The notes beneath the pieces are model-generated. The model saw only the letters and a list, made by a program, of their open reading frames with translations. It did no database searches and was not told where the DNA came from. The position numbers were made by a program, and so were the translations under genes. DNA of 57,269 nt from the NCBI GenBank assembly GCA_016209495.1, contig JACQVX010000187.1:1-57269 (forward strand). Reading direction: 5' to 3'. This document shows positions 52,521 through 57,269 of this stretch, in pieces (position 1 is the stretch's first letter; each line of letters begins with the position of its first letter). This stretch comes from Planctomycetota bacterium. Lineage in GTDB: Bacteria; Planctomycetota; JACQVX01.

Positions 52521-54038
52521 ATGCCCACCAGGCCCTGTCCCCAGACCGTCGCGGCCATCGACCTCGGCTCGAACAGCTTCAACCTCCTGGTCGCCAGCCT
52601 CGCCGGGGGCCAGATCCAGACCATCGATCGTCTGCGCGAGCGCATCGCGCTGGCCGCGGGCGTCGACGCGGACGGGAACCTGACGGAGGAGGTGCAGGGC
52701 CGCGCCCTCGGCTTCCTGGGGCGCGTCGCCCAGCGGGTCAAGGACCTCCCGGCGGCGGGCATCCGTGCCGTGGGCACGAACGCGCTCCGGGCCGCCCGCA
52801 ACGCCGGGGCCTTCCTCGAGCGCGCCGAGCGGGCCCTCGGCTATCCCATCGAGGTGGTCTCGGGACGCGAGGAGGCGCGGCTGGTCTACCTGGGCGTGGC
52901 CCACGGCCTCGAGCCGGACCCCGGGAGGCGGCTGGTACTGCACATCGGCGGGGGCAGCACCGAGTGCGTGATCGGCGAGCAACTCGAGCCCCTGGAGACC
53001 GATTGCCTGGAGATGGGCTGCGTCACGTGGAGCCGGAGGTTCTTCCCGGACGGCCGCATCACCGCCGGAGCCCTGCGCCGGGCCGAGATCGCCGCGGGCG
53101 TGGAATTGCAAACCATCGAGCGGCGCTACCGCGCCCTGGGCTGGACGAGATGCATCGGCTCGGCCGGGACCATCCGCGCCGTAGACGACGTGCTCCATGC
53201 GAACGGGTGGAGTCACGACGGCATCTCGGCGGAGGGATTGGCGCGGTTGAGGCGCGCCGTCGTCGAGGCGGGACAGGTGGACCGGCTCTCGTCCCTGCGC
53301 GGCCTCCCGGAGGACCGCCCGGACGTGCTGGCGGGAGGCCTCGCCATCCTCATCGCCGCCTTCGAACTCTGCGGGATCGACCGGATGCGCGTCTCGGCCG
53401 GGACCCTTCGGGAGGGGGTCATCCATGAACTCTGGGCCCGTCACCGGCAGGAGGACGTCCGCCACCGTACGGTCCGCGGCCTCGTGGAACGCTGGGGCAC
53501 CGACACCGCGCAGGCGACGCGCGTCGAGCGGACCGCCCTGACCCTGCTCGACCAGGCCGGTCCGGGGTGCTCCGCGGAAGGCGAGACGCCCCGGGTCTTC
53601 CTCTCCTGGGCCGCGAGGCTGCACGAGATCGGCCTCGGACTCTCCTACAGCGGCTACCACAAGCACGGGGCCTACATCGCGGCGAACGCCAACATGCCCG
53701 GCTTCTCGCGCCAGGACCAGGCGCTACTCGCGGCCCTGATCCGCACCCACCGCCGCAAGCTGGACCTGGAGGCCTTCGTGGGGCTCCCGCCCGCGTGGAT
53801 CGCGCTCGCCCCGCGCCTGTCGGTCCTCCTCCGGCTCGCGGTCCACCTCAACCGCAGCCGGAGTGCGCGCCAGCTCCCGCCCTCGTTCTCCCTGCGGGCG
53901 GCCTGGCCCCACCTCGAGCTCGGGCTGCCGCCGGGCTGGCTGGACGGCCACCCGCTCACGCGCGCCGACCTGGAGGAAGAGTCCGCCTTCCTCGGGGCCG
54001 TGGGTGTGGAGCTGCTCCTGGTGGAGGCGGGCCCCTAG
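52521..54038 (+). CDS. ppx: exopolyphosphatase / guanosine pentaphosphate phosphohydrolase (Ppx/GppA family)
   Basis: AAIDLGSNSFNLLV, RAVGTNALRAARN, VSGREEARLVYLGV and LHIGGGSTE, plus a C-terminal HD-like region (ARLHEIGLGLSYSGYHKHGAYI). ATG 52521. Confidence 0.9.
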   Translation: MPTRPCPQTVAAIDLGSNSFNLLVASLAGGQIQTIDRLRERIALAAGVDADGNLTEEVQGRALGFLGRVAQRVKDLPAAGIRAVGTNALRAARNAGAFLERAERALGYPIEVVSGREEARLVYLGVAHGLEPDPGRRLVLHIGGGSTECVIGEQLEPLETDCLEMGCVTWSRRFFPDGRITAGALRRAEIAAGVELQTIERRYRALGWTRCIGSAGTIRAVDDVLHANGWSHDGISAEGLARLRRAVVEAGQVDRLSSLRGLPEDRPDVLAGGLAILIAAFELCGIDRMRVSAGTLREGVIHELWARHRQEDVRHRTVRGLVERWGTDTAQATRVERTALTLLDQAGPGCSAEGETPRVFLSWAARLHEIGLGLSYSGYHKHGAYIAANANMPGFSRQDQALLAALIRTHRRKLDLEAFVGLPPAWIALAPRLSVLLRLAVHLNRSRSARQLPPSFSLRAAWPHLELGLPPGWLDGHPLTRADLEEESAFLGAVGVELLLVEAGP

Positions 54039-57000
54039 GTCGCCCGGCGCGCCCGCGAGCGGCGAAGCCGCCGCACCCCCAGCAAGGCCACGGCGAGGTA
54101 GAGCCCCGCCACGGCGAACCCGGCCGCGTCGGTGGCCTCGGGCGCCTCGAGCAGGGCCACCCTGGAGAGGGCCACCAGGGGCCTCACCACCCCCAGGCGG
54201 ACCGCCGTGCACAGGGTCGTGGAGCCGCGGATCCCCTCCGCCGCCGCGGGACCCACGCCGTAGTAGAGGTCCACCAGGGTCCGCCCCGCGGTGCTCTGGC
54301 AGAGGACGCGGTCGCGGAGGCGCCTGAGTGTGTTCAGCTCGTCCAGCCGGTCCGGACTGAGGTAATGGCGCCCGGTCCGGTCCTCCACCAGCAGGTCTGC
54401 CGGGCCCGTCGGCTCGGAGGCCAGGGCCGCGGTGGCGATGAAGCAGCCCTCGTGGCCCCTGGCCCGCAGGGCCGCCCCCAGGTCGGGGACCACCACCACG
54501 CGCAGGGACTCCATGGTGGAGTTGCCCGCGGCGTCGCTCACCCGCACCAGGGCGTCGTGGGACCCCACCTCCGAGGCCGAGGGGCGCCAAGTCAGCCTTC
54601 CGGACACGTCCAAGCCCATGCCCGCGGGGCCGCGGACCAGCTCGTGGCGTAGGGGCTGGCCCTCCAGGTCGATCGCCCGCACGTCCCAGCGGTAGGTCTC
54701 TCCCATGCGGACGACCCCGTCCGCCGGGTTCAGGACCTCGGGGGCGGCGTCCGCCCCGTCGGCGCGGTCCGCCTCCACCACGAAGGAGAGGGCGCTCACG
54801 CCCCCCCGGCCGTCGTCGGCCTGCACGCCCACCGGGTGCCGCCCCACCTGGTCCGCCGAGGGCGTCCAGAGGACGAGGCCGTCCCTGGGGTCCACGGTCA
54901 TGCCCGCGGGCCCTACCAGCAGCCGGTATGCAAGCCGGTCGCCGTCCTCGTCCTCGGCCCGGGCGTCCAGGCGATACTCCACCCCCACCCGCGCATTCCG
55001 GGGAGGGCGGACCTGGAACGCCGGTAGGTTGTGGCCCGCCACGGCCACCTTCACCACCACCTCGCGGGAGCGCAGCCCCTCGAGCCCGTCCTCGTGGACC
55101 GCCGCCACGGAGAGCCGGTACCTCCGTCCCGGGGCGAGGTCCAGGAGCTCGGCCTGGGCCTGATCGGCGCCCACCGTCTCGTAGCGCTCGTAGTCCGGGC
55201 TGCCGGTGCGCCCCGTGACGTAGACCCGGTAGCCCAGCACCCGCGGGTCGTCCAGGGGGCTCCAGGAGGCCACCACCCCGCCGTCCTCCCGCACCAGGGC
55301 GCCGAAGCCCTCCGGCGTCCCCGGGGCGGCGGGGTTGCGCACCGCCACGGTGCCGGGGGCCGAGGCGAAGACCGGGTAGTTGCGCCCGTCGTCGATCTTG
55401 GCGTAGACGCGCCAGTCGCCGCTCGGCAGGCCGGCCGGGTTCCAGCGGTAGGACCGCACGAAGTCCACGTCCAGACCCTGCGCGATGGGACTGCCGTCGC
55501 CCGGGCGATCGTCGTCGTCCCAGTAGAGGGAGACCCGGGTATCGCCGTGGTTGTCCGCGTCCACGGCGTCGAATCGCAGCTCCACCTCGCCCGTCACCGG
55601 GTCCAGCACCGGCGCGCGGAGGCTCACCGAGGGCTCCGCGTCGGGCTCGTAGCGCTCCAGCCAGTAGGTGCCCAGCTCCTCCGAGCCCTGCTCCAGGAGC
55701 ATCTCCCAGGTCCCGCCCACGGGCTCCTTCACGCTGACCCAGGCCTCGTGGATCTCCTCGTTGGTCCGGGCGTAGGTCCCGTGGGAGGGGTCGCAGTCCG
55801 CGAACCGCAGCACCCGCCCCGAGGGGTCGCGCAGGGCGAAGTCCGCCTTCAGGTCCCTGGCCCACTGCATCCGGAAAATGGTGTAGGGGAGCCCCGCGGG
55901 GACGTGGAATACCTTGGGGTCGGCGTCCGTCGCGGCCCGCGCGTCCATGAGGGCCACGGGCTTCACGGACCACTTCTCCCAGTCGATGAGGTCCTCGGCG
56001 TTCTTGGGCGGCTTCACCTCGAACTTCTCGATGTCCCGGATGTTCCCGCCCAGCCTCACCTGGCCGCCCCGGTCGATCCGGAGCACGAACTTCATCCAGA
56101 GGAACCTCAGCCCGGCGAGGATCTCGGTGTTGTCGACGTAGGCCGCCGTCCGGGCGAACTCGATCCCGCCGATGATCTTGATCCGCTTGGGGACGTAGAC
56201 GGCGCCCTGCAGGCTGCCCTGGAACTCCTGGGTGGTGGAGAGGCGCATGCGCCCGTCCATGTCCAGGACCTCGAAGAAATTGAGCTCGCCCTGGAGGTAG
56301 AGCCCGTAGGCGGGGTCGTAGATGAGCTTCGCCCCGGCCACCTTGAAGTAGTCGTTGATGATCTTGACCTTGCCCGCGGCCCCGATGCGACCCGTGACGT
56401 CGATGGCCACCATGACGTCGCCGGACATGAGGGCGTAGTTGCGGCTGCCCACCGGGACCTTCGGGCCCGCGGTGAACTCTACCATGGCGCGCAGGGTGAT
56501 GGCCGGCGGCCCGGGGGCCAGGTGGTCCAGCTCGCCGTAGATCTTCTGGATCAGTATGGGCGGGGCGGGATAGATGAGCTTGTTCAGGTAGTCCACGCCG
56601 AAGCCCACCTTGTTCAGGCTCCCGTGGCGGATGCCCACGGTCGCGATGAGCCCGATGCTGCGCGGGATCTTCAGGGTGGTGGAGCCCTCCCAGATGTCCT
56701 TGAACTGGTCGAATTCGATATAGGTGTTGCGCAGGGAGTAGCCCCCGGCCAGCGGCAGGGCCGGCATGGTGACGCGGGTGTGGATCTTGATCCCGTCGCC
56801 CCGGGTGATGGTGAGGCGGTTGATGTGCACCTTCACCTTGCCCAGGTTCTCAGGGAGGGTGATGTAGCCCCCCACGTCCACCCCGTCCTTGAGCACCTTC
56901 AGCCGGTTCCACTTGAAGTCCAGCCCCCCTAGCTTCCAGTCCAGAGGGTTCTTCTTCAGGCGGCGGCCGATGAGGTTCCCGTTCTCGATGACGTAGTCGC

Positions 57001-57269
57001 CGCCGTCCCAGAGGACGAACTGACGGTGCACCGGCTGCATGTAGATGCTCCCGGTGCCCACGAGGGTGACCGTGTCCGCCTTGGTATCGATGACGGCATC
57101 CCCGGTAACGTGGATGACCCCGTTGATGGTCACGTTGCCCGTGGCCCGCTTCGTGTGGCTGTCCACCGTCACGATCTGGTCGGCCTCGATGGTGACGCCC
57201 CCGGCCACGATGCGCATCCGCCCCACGCCGGTAGCGGGGGGAATGGGGGCCGGGGCGCTCGTGGGGGCG
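54035..57269 (-). CDS. very large surface/envelope protein (>1060 aa, 5' end probably outside the window): beta-helix-like N-region, FN3-like and Ig/cadherin-like modules, CFIATAA-type C-terminal anchor domain
   Basis: The frame stays open from GTG 57226 to the window edge (…APTSAPAPIPPATG upstream). There are FN3-like (…GFGALVREDGGVVASWSPLDDPRVLGYRVYV…) and two Ig-like modules (…YRLLVGPAGMTVDPRDGLVLWTP…; …HELVRGPAGMGLDVSGRLTWRP…). The C-terminus has GCFIATAA…LRRLRDRVL…LVDLYYGVGPAAA, then a TM (FAVAGLYLAVALLGV) and a basic tail RRLRRSRARR. Confidence 0.75.
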   Translation of the reverse strand, partial: APTSAPAPIPPATGVGRMRIVAGGVTIEADQIVTVDSHTKRATGNVTINGVIHVTGDAVIDTKADTVTLVGTGSIYMQPVHRQFVLWDGGDYVIENGNLIGRRLKKNPLDWKLGGLDFKWNRLKVLKDGVDVGGYITLPENLGKVKVHINRLTITRGDGIKIHTRVTMPALPLAGGYSLRNTYIEFDQFKDIWEGSTTLKIPRSIGLIATVGIRHGSLNKVGFGVDYLNKLIYPAPPILIQKIYGELDHLAPGPPAITLRAMVEFTAGPKVPVGSRNYALMSGDVMVAIDVTGRIGAAGKVKIINDYFKVAGAKLIYDPAYGLYLQGELNFFEVLDMDGRMRLSTTQEFQGSLQGAVYVPKRIKIIGGIEFARTAAYVDNTEILAGLRFLWMKFVLRIDRGGQVRLGGNIRDIEKFEVKPPKNAEDLIDWEKWSVKPVALMDARAATDADPKVFHVPAGLPYTIFRMQWARDLKADFALRDPSGRVLRFADCDPSHGTYARTNEEIHEAWVSVKEPVGGTWEMLLEQGSEELGTYWLERYEPDAEPSVSLRAPVLDPVTGEVELRFDAVDADNHGDTRVSLYWDDDDRPGDGSPIAQGLDVDFVRSYRWNPAGLPSGDWRVYAKIDDGRNYPVFASAPGTVAVRNPAAPGTPEGFGALVREDGGVVASWSPLDDPRVLGYRVYVTGRTGSPDYERYETVGADQAQAELLDLAPGRRYRLSVAAVHEDGLEGLRSREVVVKVAVAGHNLPAFQVRPPRNARVGVEYRLDARAEDEDGDRLAYRLLVGPAGMTVDPRDGLVLWTPSADQVGRHPVGVQADDGRGGVSALSFVVEADRADGADAAPEVLNPADGVVRMGETYRWDVRAIDLEGQPLRHELVRGPAGMGLDVSGRLTWRPSASEVGSHDALVRVSDAAGNSTMESLRVVVVPDLGAALRARGHEGCFIATAALASEPTGPADLLVEDRTGRHYLSPDRLDELNTLRRLRDRVLCQSTAGRTLVDLYYGVGPAAAEGIRGSTTLCTAVRLGVVRPLVALSRVALLEAPEATDAAGFAVAGLYLAVALLGVRRLRRSRARRAT

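Noticed and set aside
54035-54038. Convergent genes overlapping by their stop codons (CTAG read as TAG on both strands)
   Set aside because: This is real but trivial, a coincidence of the palindromic CTAG. No functional implication can be argued from the sequence alone.

Overview
Very GC-rich bacterial chromosomal segment (by eye well above 65% G+C, with codon position 3 almost always G/C). It is almost fully coding on both strands. I call 43 protein genes (2 cut by the window edges), one tRNA-Phe, and a few repeats and regulatory candidates. The high GC fills the six-frame track with long Arg/Pro/Gly-rich shadow ORFs. I picked real genes by recognisable family motifs, third-position bias, and tight operon junctions (many ATGA/GTGA start-stop overlaps, frequent GTG/TTG starts). 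Start codons are often uncertain by tens of codons.

Housekeeping genes: cdaA-cdaR-glmM, acs, rpsT, def, ribF, tRNA-Phe, dinG, ppx.

Accessory blocks, in window order:
1. A CDP-archaeol-synthase-like membrane protein, translationally coupled to a rifampin-phosphotransferase-type PEP dikinase (3828-7144).
2. A polysaccharide export operon: two Wza-like lipoproteins, an S24-like peptidase, a Wzc-like protein with a Walker A Lys-to-Arg change, and an orphan 452-aa protein (9148-14519).
3. A four-gene operon of a 17-heme cytochrome, a putative di-heme-b membrane protein, a cNMP-binding/4x[4Fe-4S] protein and an FHA-like/TM/16-heme cytochrome (18139-24061). This is my best candidate for an undescribed system: a signal-gated transmembrane electron conduit.
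4. A partner-switching-like operon: Cache/HAMP/GAF/PP2C/RsbW-like fusion, STAS plus zinc ribbon, and a hybrid histidine kinase (24138-29913).
5. A Kelch/HYR lipoprotein with a His/Asp tail (30076-33453).
6. A P450 / MMPL exporter / UbiA-like / condensation-domain lipid-type cluster with a divergent GNAT-like gene (33465-40760).
7. An arsC / metal-binding lipoprotein / ICMT-like group (42850-44378).
8. A RimK-like ATP-grasp / GCS2 ligase / N-formylglutamate-amidohydrolase trio, followed by a decayed fragment of the last gene (44392-48090).
9. A >1060-aa surface protein with a CFIATAA-type C-terminal anchor (54035-57269).

I saw no transposase, integrase, CRISPR array or rRNA. My taxonomy guess (inference only) is a high-GC Gram-negative rich in multiheme cytochromes, for example Myxococcota/Anaeromyxobacter-like. 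All family assignments come from reading motifs by eye. None has been checked against a database.
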